Assembly: GCA_019058295.1 (NCBI GenBank)
Contig: JAHPZI010000006.1
Coordinates: forward strand, 79,916 to 143,915
Direction: 5' to 3'
Origin: Promethearchaeota archaeon
GTDB taxonomy: Archaea; Asgardarchaeota; Lokiarchaeia; Sigyniarchaeales; SOKP01
Length of the DNA: 64,000 nucleotides
A model generated the notes under the pieces. The model worked only from the letters and a program-made list of their open reading frames with translations, did not search any database and was not told where the DNA came from. A program made the translations under genes and the position numbers. Positions 9,590-20,524 of this stretch are shown here, in pieces; within the stretch, counting starts at the first letter, position 1, and every line of letters begins with the position of its first letter.

Positions 9590-11047
9590 TTATAAATAAA
9601 ATGGCAAAACCATCTCCTTTAAGACATATATTACCCTTTTTCCCGTAACTGTCTTACAACCAAACGAGTTTGAAATATTTATAATGTTTAAATTATCAGG
9701 AATTTTATTTCTGATGAAGTCTTTTAAAAATTCTAAAAATATTGTAAATTTTCTCTCCGTTTCAATCCATAAATATCCTTTTTCTTCGAAAAATTTAGGA
9801 TTTTTCTCTTTAAATTGACGGGCATGAAATTTATCTTTCACTGGTGGACCTTTGCGTATATAAGTGGGAGAAATTATAGGTTTTTCGCAAAATATCGCTA
9901 CATTATATTCATTAAGTTCTACTTCAAAATATAATTCAAAAACTATATTTTCAAATCTTTTTGCATGAGAAAACTCTTTTTCTCCGTTTGCTTTGATGCT
10001 ATGGCATAATGAATATAATTTATCTCTATTAATCGTATAATGGACATCATCATTAACATTTTTAAATTCTAAAACATAAATTTTTGAAATTAAAGGATCT
10101 TCAGAATTAGATAAGTCCACTTTAGGGATTGGTTTTATTCTAAAAAAGTTAATATTTGGATTTTTTAAGAAAGCTTTAACTATTTTATTACAATATTTAT
10201 ATGCCTTCTCGGATATCGCCGATGCTACATTCCTATTTTTATCAATAGGATCTGTAATAATAAGAAAATCGTTTTGGAAATGAATTATCTTCTCTAATTC
10301 TTTTTTACTTCTATTAAAATAGTCTAAAGGATTTTCTTTTAAATCATTAAAGTTTTCAAAAACTTTTTGAATCGTTCCAAAATGATATATTAATAATTCA
10401 GCGCTATATCCAATGAAACCAACCTTTCCAACTGCGCTCTTGTCACCATAACTATGGCAAGATTTAAAAAATTGTTTTAAAAGCCTAACATCATTTTTTT
10501 GATTGTTTGAGAGATTATCCCTAACAAACCATCCATGCCATGGTGACCTATCAACTGCAGTTATAGGTCCATTTTCTCTTATAAATTCAAGGTCCAAATC
10601 AAAATAAAGAACGATATTAAACTCAATTTTTGTATCCTGAGTAATATAATCTACAGTTACATAAGGATGTTCAGCATATAATAGGCGGGCATTTTGAAAT
10701 TCTTTTAAATTTAAGACTTTTAGGATCCACTCATTACACAATTTTAAAAAATCTTTTTTCGATGCTTTCTTTAATTTATTTTTACTTAATCCCCTATATC
10801 TTGGTTCATATGATTCGTAATTTAATCCAATAAATAAATCAATATCAAAATCGTTTTTTAACTGAGTTTGTTTAATTCCAGTGGACCCTTGAGGTTCGAT
10901 TTTAGTATATTCAATATTTAATTCCTTCGCTTTATTTTCTAATAAGGACTTTAAATTCTTAGTAACTCTTTCAATGATAGCTAATTCTTGATCGGTTGGT
11001 ATAATTTCCTTTAATCCTTTATTTAGGATATCATTTATTGAGTTCAT
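9590..11047 (-). CDS. cca: Class I CCA-adding tRNA nucleotidyltransferase
   Basis: GS...DFDIDLF, YAEHPYV, TAVDRSPWH and DPIDKNRNVA motifs. Confidence 0.9.
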   Translation of the reverse strand: MNSINDILNKGLKEIIPTDQELAIIERVTKNLKSLLENKAKELNIEYTKIEPQGSTGIKQTQLKNDFDIDLFIGLNYESYEPRYRGLSKNKLKKASKKDFLKLCNEWILKVLNLKEFQNARLLYAEHPYVTVDYITQDTKIEFNIVLYFDLDLEFIRENGPITAVDRSPWHGWFVRDNLSNNQKNDVRLLKQFFKSCHSYGDKSAVGKVGFIGYSAELLIYHFGTIQKVFENFNDLKENPLDYFNRSKKELEKIIHFQNDFLIITDPIDKNRNVASAISEKAYKYCNKIVKAFLKNPNINFFRIKPIPKVDLSNSEDPLISKIYVLEFKNVNDDVHYTINRDKLYSLCHSIKANGEKEFSHAKRFENIVFELYFEVELNEYNVAIFCEKPIISPTYIRKGPPVKDKFHARQFKEKNPKFFEEKGYLWIETERKFTIFLEFLKDFIRNKIPDNLNIINISNSFGCKTVTGKRVIYVLKEMVLPFYL

Positions 11048-11128
11048 ACAATTTTAGTTTTAATTCAGTAATTAAAGTGAATAACTTAACTGTTTTATAT
11101 TGAAATTCTGATATTTTTAATCACCCGA

Positions 11129-12934
11129 TCACATCCCCCACCAGGGGTGTTCCTTTTCTCTCTTTAACTGAATATATTCTCTCAATGCTTCTTTTTGATC
11201 GCTTGTTAATTCGTTTAGAAATTTTGCCATTAACTGTCTTACATGGGATTCTGGAACGTTAACAAATAGCGTTTCGTCTTTCCCAATATCACGTCCGATT
11301 TCAATACCTCGAACAGATATTGCCACTTCCTTATCTTTATCAGCTTTATCTAAAGATTGACCTTTATCTTGTATTTGATGAACTCTTCCAATTAGTTTGC
11401 CCTTATCAGTTATTAAAGGAACTTTTGATTTTAAAGTGCCTCCTTCGACACTTACACCAAAAACCGCCGGATTTGAATTTCTGAAAATGTACTCTGGGAA
11501 CATTTTAATTTTAGCTGGCAAAATTAATTCTCCCAATTCTTTTGCGGTATCTTCAGCTCGTCTAGTCTCTGCATATTCTATATAATCCTCTAATAAGCGA
11601 TATATAACATTATTAGTAAAAATTCTAATATTATCAATGTAAGCTTGCTCCTTCGCTTCAGGCAAAATAGGCACATTAAAGCCTAAAACCACTGCCGAAT
11701 ATGGATCAAACTCATTAACGATATTAGCGTTCATAATATCTTCTTTTTTAATTGGCCCTACATCTGCGATAGAAATACTTATGCCATTTTTAGTTAAATG
11801 ATTCTCTAAAGCTTCAAGAGATCCTAGAGTATCTGTTTTCAAAACAATACCAGCTTTTTCTGTTTTTATTTTAATACTTTCAACTTCGGCTTCAATTTCA
11901 CTATATACGCTTTCTTCTTCGGAAGGGTCTGCAATTATCCTAAAAGGAGAACCAGCCACTACATCTTCAATATTTGGAGCGAGTATTTTAAGACCAGCAG
12001 CTGCACTTATTAAATCCTTGTTATCAAATTTTTGTCTCGGATCCCTAATCTCATCTAAAGGTTTTGGCACCAATAATGCTCTAACTTTTGATTTAATCGG
12101 TTTTTCTAAACCTCCAACGATAAAATTATCGCCTTTTCTAATGATTCCATCATATATTAAAAGATCTATTGTTTTTCCATATCCTTTTTCTTTTTTAACT
12201 TCTAATACGACGCCCTTTGCAGGTCCTTCAGAAAATTTCAAATTCTGAGTTAGGAATTGTTGGACTAATCCCATTAGTACCATTAAAAGAGTAGAAATTC
12301 CTTCTCCAGATTTAGCACTGGTGGGAATGATTGCAATTTTTTTTGTAAAGTCTTTTATTTTATCATATCGATCAATTCCTTTAAAACCTTCTTCCAAAAA
12401 ACTACCTACGATTTGAAGAATCTTCTCGTCTAAAAAATCTTTCACATGTGGTTTCTGTTTATTATAGGAATCCAAGAAGTCAGCGTCTTTTATTGATTTC
12501 CAACCTGAAATTCTATCGATTTTATTAGCAGAGATTATAAATGGCGTTTTTTTCTCTCGAAGAATTCGCACAGATTCCCATGTAATTGGCATGGTACCAG
12601 CAGTTACATCAATGACTAAAATCGCGATATCTGCAACAGCACCGCCTCTTTTCCTTAAATTCATAAAAGCAGCGTGACCAGGAGTATCAACAACCAAGAT
12701 TCCCGGAAGCTTGATATCTTTCTCTGCAAATTCTTTCTTTGATTTTGCTAAGAAATCTTTAATGTTCTCAGTTGGAAAATAAGATGCACCTATATGTTGT
12801 GTAATTCCTGCGGCCTCTCTTTTTTGAACTATAGTCCCACGGATATAATCCAAAAGGGACGTTTTTCCATGATCTATGTGCCCCAAAATACACGCTATTG
12901 GTGCTCTTATTATTTTCTTTTCTTGCTCAGCCAT
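11129..12934 (-). CDS. infB: Translation initiation factor aIF5B/IF-2
   Basis: GHIDHGKT, GITQHIGA, DTPGH, LRKRGG and KTDTLGSLEAL motifs. Confidence 0.96.
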   Translation of the reverse strand: MAEQEKKIIRAPIACILGHIDHGKTSLLDYIRGTIVQKREAAGITQHIGASYFPTENIKDFLAKSKKEFAEKDIKLPGILVVDTPGHAAFMNLRKRGGAVADIAILVIDVTAGTMPITWESVRILREKKTPFIISANKIDRISGWKSIKDADFLDSYNKQKPHVKDFLDEKILQIVGSFLEEGFKGIDRYDKIKDFTKKIAIIPTSAKSGEGISTLLMVLMGLVQQFLTQNLKFSEGPAKGVVLEVKKEKGYGKTIDLLIYDGIIRKGDNFIVGGLEKPIKSKVRALLVPKPLDEIRDPRQKFDNKDLISAAAGLKILAPNIEDVVAGSPFRIIADPSEEESVYSEIEAEVESIKIKTEKAGIVLKTDTLGSLEALENHLTKNGISISIADVGPIKKEDIMNANIVNEFDPYSAVVLGFNVPILPEAKEQAYIDNIRIFTNNVIYRLLEDYIEYAETRRAEDTAKELGELILPAKIKMFPEYIFRNSNPAVFGVSVEGGTLKSKVPLITDKGKLIGRVHQIQDKGQSLDKADKDKEVAISVRGIEIGRDIGKDETLFVNVPESHVRQLMAKFLNELTSDQKEALREYIQLKREKEHPWWGM

Positions 12935-13163
12935 TTTTTTAATGCTTGCTGGAAATAATTATCTATATGGAATAAAAAATGAATCTAAAGATTAGAATTT
13001 TATTAATGATTTAAAAGTTGAAATTTATATATAATGATTTTTTTTAAACAACATAGTGAGTAAATAGAGTTGGTTAATTATGATATTTTTTTATTGGATT
13101 GGAAAAAATCTCACTAAAATTAAAAAAAATCGATGAAAATTATATCTAATTATTATATTTGAC

Positions 13164-14012
13164 ATGCCAAAAATTGAAATTAGATGCCCAGCTTGTAATA
13201 AAAAAGGATATATGGAAGTAGATGGAGTCATTTTAGAAAGGAAAATGGAACGGGGCATTATGACTATAAATTTAGGAAAAGATCAAATATGTGAGCATAC
13301 ATTCGTAGCCTATATTGATAATAATCTCCAAGTGAGAGATTGTTTTATAACCGATTTTCAAATCGAAATTCCAGAATTAGCTCCATCTGAAATAGTTTTA
13401 GAAACAAAAATTCCCAGTTCTGAAGAGCTTAATGTAGATTTGATCAAAATGAACTTCTATCCCCTTACACTAACTTTTATTATAAGAGGAGGTTTTTTAA
13501 ACAAAAAAATATTAGTTTTGAGTGAAGATGAATTTTTAAATAATTTTCTCAAGAATTTCTTCGAATTTATTTATAAAAATTCCTTTAATTTAGATATTAT
13601 CATTTTGTCAATGGAAAAATATAAAAAAAATAAGAAGAATTATGAAGACTTCTTAATTATTAAAGACAAAAAGATTATAAGAGATAAGGATAAAATACTT
13701 GATGTTAAAAAACTAAAAATAGAAAGTTTAATTATTCAAAGGTTTTATTCTGAATATATAGCAAATTCTAGCTTACTTTTTCTGAAAAATGAAATTTATA
13801 AAACTTATTTATTATCAAAAAGCATTGTAGATTTTATTAAAGAATTTAAAGGAGAAGAATTACTTTCAAAAAATATCCTTGATAATTTAGAAAAAGTTCA
13901 TAATGTTAAAATACAAATACCATATTTGGATTTCTTACTTGAAATTGTTAAAAATTATTTTAAAGTGGAAGTGCCAAAAACATCTAAAATTTCAGATTTC
14001 CTAAAATTTTAA
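13164..14012 (+). CDS. Hypothetical protein with N-terminal CxxC...CxH zinc-binding domain
   Basis: CPAC...ICEHTFVAYIDNNLQVR; paralogous domain in 58747..59274. Confidence 0.75.
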   Translation: MPKIEIRCPACNKKGYMEVDGVILERKMERGIMTINLGKDQICEHTFVAYIDNNLQVRDCFITDFQIEIPELAPSEIVLETKIPSSEELNVDLIKMNFYPLTLTFIIRGGFLNKKILVLSEDEFLNNFLKNFFEFIYKNSFNLDIIILSMEKYKKNKKNYEDFLIIKDKKIIRDKDKILDVKKLKIESLIIQRFYSEYIANSSLLFLKNEIYKTYLLSKSIVDFIKEFKGEELLSKNILDNLEKVHNVKIQIPYLDFLLEIVKNYFKVEVPKTSKISDFLKF

Positions 14013-14095
14013 CATGAATTTTATATATAAGAGCATTGATTTATATTATAAATAAAAATATATCATAAAAATATAGAAAAAGTTGAAATCTGCCT

Positions 14096-14830
14096 ATGGC
14101 GTTATATATATTACCAACTGAACAATTAATTAGTGGATTATTCAGCCTTTTTTTTGTGATAATCTCATTAATTATTGGATTAATGTTAATCTCGAAATAT
14201 TTCAGATATAAACAAAGTAACTTTTTATTAGTTGGTTTGACGTGGATTGGAATGGTTTCAATATGGTATCCTAGCGCAATCAATGTAATATATTTTTCCA
14301 TTACAGGTAAGAGTATATCGGATTTATTATTTATGGCAATTGGAAATGGTTTAATTCCAATTACCGCATTTATTTGGATGATTACGTTTACAGATCTTTT
14401 ATATAAAGAGAAACAAAAAATAATTCTTATAATATTTGGGATTTTAAGCATTTTAACTGAAATCATATTCTTCTATTTTCTCTTTACAGAACCATCTGTT
14501 CTTGGAAAAGTAGTATCCCCTGTAGACGCTATAACGACATTACCGGTTATAATTTATCATATATCCATATTACTCATGATCTTAATAACAGGGATATTAA
14601 TATGGAGAGAATCTTTAAAATCCACTGATCCAGAAGTTAATTTAAAAGGAAAATTACTTCTTACAGCAGTTTTATCTTTTATCACTGGGGCCATTTTTGA
14701 AATTTTTAGCGATTTATCAATTATTATAATAATTATAGGTAGATTAATATTGATTTCCTCGAGTCTCGAATTTTATATGGGCTGGATACTTCCATCGTTT
14801 ATCAAAAATCGATTATTAAAAGAGAGTTAA
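14096..14830 (+). CDS. Multi-pass (about 7 TM) membrane protein
   Basis: About seven hydrophobic segments in 244 aa. Confidence 0.75.
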   Translation: MALYILPTEQLISGLFSLFFVIISLIIGLMLISKYFRYKQSNFLLVGLTWIGMVSIWYPSAINVIYFSITGKSISDLLFMAIGNGLIPITAFIWMITFTDLLYKEKQKIILIIFGILSILTEIIFFYFLFTEPSVLGKVVSPVDAITTLPVIIYHISILLMILITGILIWRESLKSTDPEVNLKGKLLLTAVLSFITGAIFEIFSDLSIIIIIIGRLILISSSLEFYMGWILPSFIKNRLLKES

Positions 14831-14864
14831 TTTAAAATTAACTTATTATTTTTTTTTTAATCTT

Positions 14865-17738
14865 TCAGTTAGAAAAATTCAGAGATTTTTTTAAATATTT
14901 AGCTGTATATGATCTTTCATTTCTAATAATCTCTTCCGGACTTCCCATAACAACAATTTCACCCCCTTCATCACCACCTTCTGGACCTAAATCAATAATA
15001 TAATCCACAGATTTTATAATTTCCATATTATGCTCAATAATTATTACGGTATTGCCTTTATCGACTAATCTTTGAAGGACTTTTAACAAAATCTTTATAT
15101 CATAAGCACTTAATCCTGTTGTTGGTTCATCTAGAATATAGAGAGTATTGCCTGTACTCGTTTTTCTTAATTCCCTAGCAATTTTTAGCCTTTGAGATTC
15201 TCCTCCACTTAAAGTTGTTGATGATTGTCCCAATTCTAGGTAACCTAAGCCAACATCCACAACAGTTTTTAGCGTTCTTTTTAGGTTTGGAAAACTATCA
15301 AAGAATTGTAAAGCGTGATCAAAAGTCATGTCCAGAACGTCTGAAATTGTTTTTTTCTTAAATTTAATTTCAAGAGTTTCCGCATTATATCGCTTTCCTT
15401 TACATAAATCACATCTAATATAAACATCAGGAAGAAAATACATTTCCTTAAGGATGTAGCCTGTGCCTCTACATTTTCTACAATGACCTGCCTTTGTATT
15501 AAAGCTGAATCTCCCTTTTTTATATCCTCTTTCTCTAGATTCCTGTAATGCAGCAAATATATCTCTAATATAATCCATAGCTTTAGAATAAGTTGCGGGA
15601 ACTGACCTTGGTGTCTTTCCTATTGGTGATTGATCAATATTAATGATTTTATCAATGTTCTCAAATCCATTTATTTCATCAAAATCACCTGTCCTTAATT
15701 TAGAGCTTCGAATATTAACAAGATTATGTAATCCTTTATAAAGACATTCAATAAACAAACTAGTTTTACCAGCTCCTGAAACTCCTGTTACACACGTAAA
15801 TATTTCTAATGGAATTTTTACATTTACATTTTTTAAATTGTTTTCTCTAGCGCCTTTAATCTCAATAAAGTCATCTCCAATATTTCTTCTTTTTTTAGGG
15901 ATTGCAATTTTCTCTTTTCCAGATAAATATTTTCCAGTTAAACTATTTGCTTTTATTATGTCTTCGACTGGCCCTTCTGCAACTATTTCTCCACCGTGTT
16001 CTCCTGCCATTGGTCCTAAATCAATGATATGGTCAGCATTTCTAATTACAGCATCATCATGTTCTACAACTAATACAGTATTTCCTAAATTTCTCAATTT
16101 CTTTAGCATATTAACTAATCGAGAGATATCTCTCTGGTGTAAACCTACTGTAGGTTCATCTAAGACATATAAAACACCCACTAAAGTTGAACCTAATTGA
16201 GTTGCTAATCTTATTCTCTCTGCTTCTCCAACAGATAATGTATCTGATCTTCGACTTAATTGAATATAGTCTAATCCAACATTATTCAAGAATGAGAGTC
16301 TATCCTTAATCTCTTTTAATACATCTTTTACAATAGTTTTCTGAATATCATCAATGCCTAAACTTTCAAAAAATTTTATAGAGTCTTTTACGGGTAGATT
16401 TGTTAATTCAGCGATATTTAAGTCATTAATTGTAACAGCTAAACTTTCAGGCTTTAATTTTTGCCCATTACATTTAGGACAATCAATTCGATTCATAAAG
16501 CTCTCATAGACTTCACGAGCTCCTTCTGACGTGGTCTCCATATACCTCCGATGTAGCATAGGAATTAAACCTTCAAATGGTCGAGCCGTTTTCCAGGATG
16601 TAAAAGATTCATTATTAGAATTCCTATAGTCATTTCTATCACTAACAAAATGAAAATTTATATTTTCATCCCCTGAACCAAATAATAATTTTTGCAATTT
16701 ATTGGGATCAATTTCTTTAATTGGTGTTTCATCAATATCGAAATCATAATGTTCTGACACTTGATTTATCATTTGCCATGAATAGCCTGTTGAAGATCTA
16801 AATCCTGGTATATTTCTTATACCACTTTCTGCCAGTGGAACAAAAACATTATTTCCCAATATTAAACTATAATCAAATTCCATTACAGTGCCCAATCCAT
16901 TACAATATTTGCAACTACCATGGGGTATATTAAATGAAAACATTTTATGGTCAAGAGGAGGTAAAGAAATTTGGCAATCTAAACATGCATAGTGTTCGGA
17001 ATATATTTGCTCATTTTTTCCTATTAATTCAACAAGAACAATTCCTTCAGTTAATTCCAATGCTGTTTCTATAGAATCAGCAAGCCGAGTTTTAATGTCC
17101 TCTTTCATAACAAGCCTATCGATTATAACATTAATATTGTGTTTCACATGTTTTTCCATTGGAATTTCTTCATCAAGAGTATATTGAATCCCATCAACTT
17201 CTACACGAACATATCCTTGTTTTTTTAGATCTTGTAAAAGTTCTTTATACTCACCTTTTCGATCTCGTATTAAAGGTGCTTTAATTATGAATTTTTGATT
17301 CTCTTTTAGAGACTTTAGAATTTGATTTATAATTTGTTGAGGTGTTTGAGGTTTGATCTCTTTTCCGCAATTTGGACAATGCGGTATCCCTATATTTGCG
17401 AATAATAGTCTGTAATAATCGTAAATTTCAGTTACAGTTCCTACGGTACTTCGAGGATTTTTTGAAAGAGGTTTTTGCTCAATTGCGATAGCAGGTGATA
17501 ACCCCTCAATAGAATCGACATCTGGTTTGTCCATCTCTCCTAGAAACTGTCTTGCATAGCTTGAGAGAGACTCCAAAAATCTTCTTTGACCCTCAGCAAA
17601 TAGAGTATCAATAACTAATGAACTCTTACCACTTCCAGAAACGCCAGTAACAACTACGAGCTTATTTCTGGGAATATTTACGTCAATATTCTTTAAATTA
17701 TGCTGTCTAGCTCCCTTGATTATTATATAATCATTCAT
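14865..17738 (-). CDS. uvrA: Excinuclease ABC subunit A
   Basis: GARQHNLKN, two Walker A motifs (GVSGSGKS, GVSGAGKT), zinc fingers, LSGGE signature. Confidence 0.98.
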   Translation of the reverse strand: MNDYIIIKGARQHNLKNIDVNIPRNKLVVVTGVSGSGKSSLVIDTLFAEGQRRFLESLSSYARQFLGEMDKPDVDSIEGLSPAIAIEQKPLSKNPRSTVGTVTEIYDYYRLLFANIGIPHCPNCGKEIKPQTPQQIINQILKSLKENQKFIIKAPLIRDRKGEYKELLQDLKKQGYVRVEVDGIQYTLDEEIPMEKHVKHNINVIIDRLVMKEDIKTRLADSIETALELTEGIVLVELIGKNEQIYSEHYACLDCQISLPPLDHKMFSFNIPHGSCKYCNGLGTVMEFDYSLILGNNVFVPLAESGIRNIPGFRSSTGYSWQMINQVSEHYDFDIDETPIKEIDPNKLQKLLFGSGDENINFHFVSDRNDYRNSNNESFTSWKTARPFEGLIPMLHRRYMETTSEGAREVYESFMNRIDCPKCNGQKLKPESLAVTINDLNIAELTNLPVKDSIKFFESLGIDDIQKTIVKDVLKEIKDRLSFLNNVGLDYIQLSRRSDTLSVGEAERIRLATQLGSTLVGVLYVLDEPTVGLHQRDISRLVNMLKKLRNLGNTVLVVEHDDAVIRNADHIIDLGPMAGEHGGEIVAEGPVEDIIKANSLTGKYLSGKEKIAIPKKRRNIGDDFIEIKGARENNLKNVNVKIPLEIFTCVTGVSGAGKTSLFIECLYKGLHNLVNIRSSKLRTGDFDEINGFENIDKIINIDQSPIGKTPRSVPATYSKAMDYIRDIFAALQESRERGYKKGRFSFNTKAGHCRKCRGTGYILKEMYFLPDVYIRCDLCKGKRYNAETLEIKFKKKTISDVLDMTFDHALQFFDSFPNLKRTLKTVVDVGLGYLELGQSSTTLSGGESQRLKIARELRKTSTGNTLYILDEPTTGLSAYDIKILLKVLQRLVDKGNTVIIIEHNMEIIKSVDYIIDLGPEGGDEGGEIVVMGSPEEIIRNERSYTAKYLKKSLNFSN

Positions 17739-17771
17739 AAATAATTGCTTATAGTAAAGTAAAATTTGAGA

Positions 17772-17898
17772 TTAATAAAGCACATCTTCTAGGTTACTTA
17801 AAAGATCGGTTCTTGGTAAACTTTATGAAAAACGTAAACTCTTAAGATTTCTTTTTCTGAGACTTAACCATGATAGAAAGTCATTCTTCTTTTTGTAT
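17772..17898 (-). pseudogene. Frameshifted remnant continuing the LRR gene
   Basis: Removing one T after PPPWGY gives KYKKKNDFLSWLSLRKRNLKSLRFS*SLPRTDLLSNLEDV, which is LRR-like. Confidence 0.45.
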
Positions 17899-18621
17899 TT
17901 AATACCCCCAAGGAGGCGGATCGAATATAGTACCATCTCCTATTAAGTCTTCATCAGCATCATCAAACTCTTCATCTTCATAATAACTTGTTTTTATAGA
18001 TCTGAAATATGAAGGGAGTTCCTTAAAGAATTTATTTGGCATATATAATACTTCAAGTGATTTAAGATTAATAAATGATTTAGGAAGCGATTTTAGCTTA
18101 TTATCAAGTATATTTAATTTTCTAAGATTTCTTAAATTACCTAAAGAATCTGGAAGGTATTTGAGTTTAGTATGAAATAAATTAAGATCTATCAAGGATT
18201 GTAATTCTCCTATCGGCTCGGGAATCACTTTTAATGAATTTCTACTTAAATCTAATACCTCAAGCATCTCTAAATCAAATATCTGCTTCGGAAATAATTT
18301 AAACTTGTTTTCTTTCAGACTTAGGTATTGAAGCGATGCAAGGTTGGTGATTGATTCGGGAAGAGCTTTTAACTTGTTTTTCTCTAAATCTAATTCTTTT
18401 AAGAACTTAAGTTCACAAATAGTCTTAGGTAAGAATTTTAATTTACAATTAGATAAACCTAATTTTGTTATATTCTTCCCATCAGATTCAAATCCAAACT
18501 CAAAGAATCCTTTTCCATAGGTTCGAGTAATAGGTCTTTTTATGAGTTGCTCTAATTCTGTTAATGCCTTAGCTTCGGATTTCGGGATTTCTGCGCCTCT
18601 AAAGGAAAATAATTTACTCAT
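17899..18621 (-). CDS. Leucine-rich repeat protein (probably truncated)
   Basis: About 6 LRR units; N-cap shared with 523..1917. Confidence 0.9.
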   Translation of the reverse strand: MSKLFSFRGAEIPKSEAKALTELEQLIKRPITRTYGKGFFEFGFESDGKNITKLGLSNCKLKFLPKTICELKFLKELDLEKNKLKALPESITNLASLQYLSLKENKFKLFPKQIFDLEMLEVLDLSRNSLKVIPEPIGELQSLIDLNLFHTKLKYLPDSLGNLRNLRKLNILDNKLKSLPKSFINLKSLEVLYMPNKFFKELPSYFRSIKTSYYEDEEFDDADEDLIGDGTIFDPPPWGY

Positions 18622-18673
18622 AATTTAATCTCTTTTTAGCTTATTCAAGATAAAATGTCAAATTTGTTGTCAT

Positions 18674-19213
18674 TTAAGGTATTCCTTGTTTGTATTTCAA
18701 GATTAATCGCTCGGTTTCTTTATACTCAGTAACCCATTGATCGCTTATAATATATGGGTCTTGATTCTTAATATAAATATAAATAAACCAAAATAACCCT
18801 TTGGAAAGACCTTTTTTGTTTTTGACTGTCTTTCTTTCTGATTTAGAATTTGTTATTATATCAAATGGAATGAAAATGCGTTTTAAGGGAATTAATGGAT
18901 TAAATTTTTCAGCTAAAATATGATCTTTTCGATATTCAATTTTTCTGACTAATACCCCATTTTCATAAATGACAACATAGGTTAAGAAAAACCGAATAAT
19001 CCAAAAAATAAAAAACATCCCTGAAATCAAAATAAGAGCACTAATTATTAATTTAAACACATCAAATGTATTTAGAATATTCAAGAAATTTAAGTAAAAT
19101 CCGAGCAGTCCAATGGAGGTAAAAAAAAAACCCATAAAGCATAGAATAACAATTCCAAACCAAGGTCTATGTGCTTTACTTTTAAATAATAATTTACCTC
19201 TTTTAGCTTTCAT
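18674..19213 (-). CDS. Two-TM membrane protein with possible PH-like cytoplasmic domain
   Basis: Two hydrophobic helices followed by YVVIYENGVLV and a beta-rich region. Confidence 0.6.
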   Translation of the reverse strand: MKAKRGKLLFKSKAHRPWFGIVILCFMGFFFTSIGLLGFYLNFLNILNTFDVFKLIISALILISGMFFIFWIIRFFLTYVVIYENGVLVRKIEYRKDHILAEKFNPLIPLKRIFIPFDIITNSKSERKTVKNKKGLSKGLFWFIYIYIKNQDPYIISDQWVTEYKETERLILKYKQGIP

Positions 19214-19249
19214 AAGAATTGTCTTCTATGTTTTTTTTATTAGGAATAA

Positions 19250-19885
19250 TTATGTAAGATTTAGATTCTCCAAAGTTTTTTTTGCTATTTCCTTGTCTTC
19301 TTTTGAAAGAGAATCTAAAAAAAAATTAATTTCATCTTTTATGAGAAAAATTATATCCTCAAAAGCAAATCTAGTAAAAAATCTTGATATTTTTTCACAT
19401 AATACTTTTTGTGCTTCATTCTTTAATCTCGCTACAAAATATTTTTCAAGACTTCCAGTAAAAAATTCATAGGGTATCAGAAATAGATTTTTAAAGTCTA
19501 ATAATTTGGGTTCCTTAAATAACTCAATCTCGTCAGAAGGGGGAAAATAATGTATTCTAGTATCATCTCTTATAATACTCTTTATTCCTTTGATCCTTTT
19601 CTCTAAGTTGCTCGGAGAAAGTTTATCTTTTGGTAATTTTTTTAGTTCAGCAAATAAAATTGAAGAATTTGGTCTTATATCACAAGATTGTGATAAAATA
19701 ACACCCGTAGTTAAAAAAGGTCTGACATTATAACTAGCTTTTTTTGGTAATTTGTCTGAATTTAAAGACTTTAACCATTCTTCCTTTATCTTGCTAAAAT
19801 CAATTTGATTTGGAGTAATTTTCGGGAGATTTTGTAAAATATCTCCTTGATTGAGATAATCAGGGATTTCTTTTATGTAAATCAT
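19250..19885 (-). CDS. Putative PemK/MazF-like fold toxin
   Basis: LNQGDIL...GVILSQSCDI...LLDFK...FFTR pattern; fold call is inference. Confidence 0.45.
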   Translation of the reverse strand: MIYIKEIPDYLNQGDILQNLPKITPNQIDFSKIKEEWLKSLNSDKLPKKASYNVRPFLTTGVILSQSCDIRPNSSILFAELKKLPKDKLSPSNLEKRIKGIKSIIRDDTRIHYFPPSDEIELFKEPKLLDFKNLFLIPYEFFTGSLEKYFVARLKNEAQKVLCEKISRFFTRFAFEDIIFLIKDEINFFLDSLSKEDKEIAKKTLENLNLT

Positions 19886-19900
19886 TTAAATTCAGTATAA

Positions 19901-20524
19901 CTAATAATTTAATATTCTAGATACATCTTCTTCAAATCTAATATGATTTTCCGTTTCTTTTTCTAACATTTTCAAACAATCAATTAAATCTTTTATAGTA
20001 TCAATATACTCCAGAGGAGTATTGGATAATAATGAATTTTTATAAGATTCTAGAAAATTTAGATCAATCCAATAAGTCGGACAAATTTTCCATTGAAGAG
20101 CAGCATTTATTTTATCAAATGTCTCAGAATTTATCATATCGAGACCAAATAATTGAAATATCTCGAAAATTTGTCCAAATGTAAAAAAAATCTGCTTTTT
20201 TGTTTTTTTTGAATCTAAAAGAATATTTTCTATAAATTTATCGAAAATTTGAGGTAATATTTCTTTAAAGCCAAAATAAATTTTCTTTAAAGCCAATATT
20301 ATTTTATTTAATATTTCATAAAGGAAATTAAAAAATCGTACAATAAAACTTTCACTCTCTTCAATAGCAAGGGTTGGAGCTGTGGTAATTTCTGTGCTTT
20401 CATATTTTTCAATATCCTCGAATTCTTCGAAATTTCTATAAGCATTAAATAAACTTTCTGATAAATTTTTGATAATATCTTCATTATATAACGCAGATTG
20501 AACTTCAGTCATTTTTTTTAACAC
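19901..20524 (-). CDS. Hypothetical protein (middle gene of three-gene module)
   Basis: ORF overlaps the end of the upstream gene and stops 15 nt before the next. Confidence 0.6.
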   Translation of the reverse strand: MLKKMTEVQSALYNEDIIKNLSESLFNAYRNFEEFEDIEKYESTEITTAPTLAIEESESFIVRFFNFLYEILNKIILALKKIYFGFKEILPQIFDKFIENILLDSKKTKKQIFFTFGQIFEIFQLFGLDMINSETFDKINAALQWKICPTYWIDLNFLESYKNSLLSNTPLEYIDTIKDLIDCLKMLEKETENHIRFEEDVSRILNY

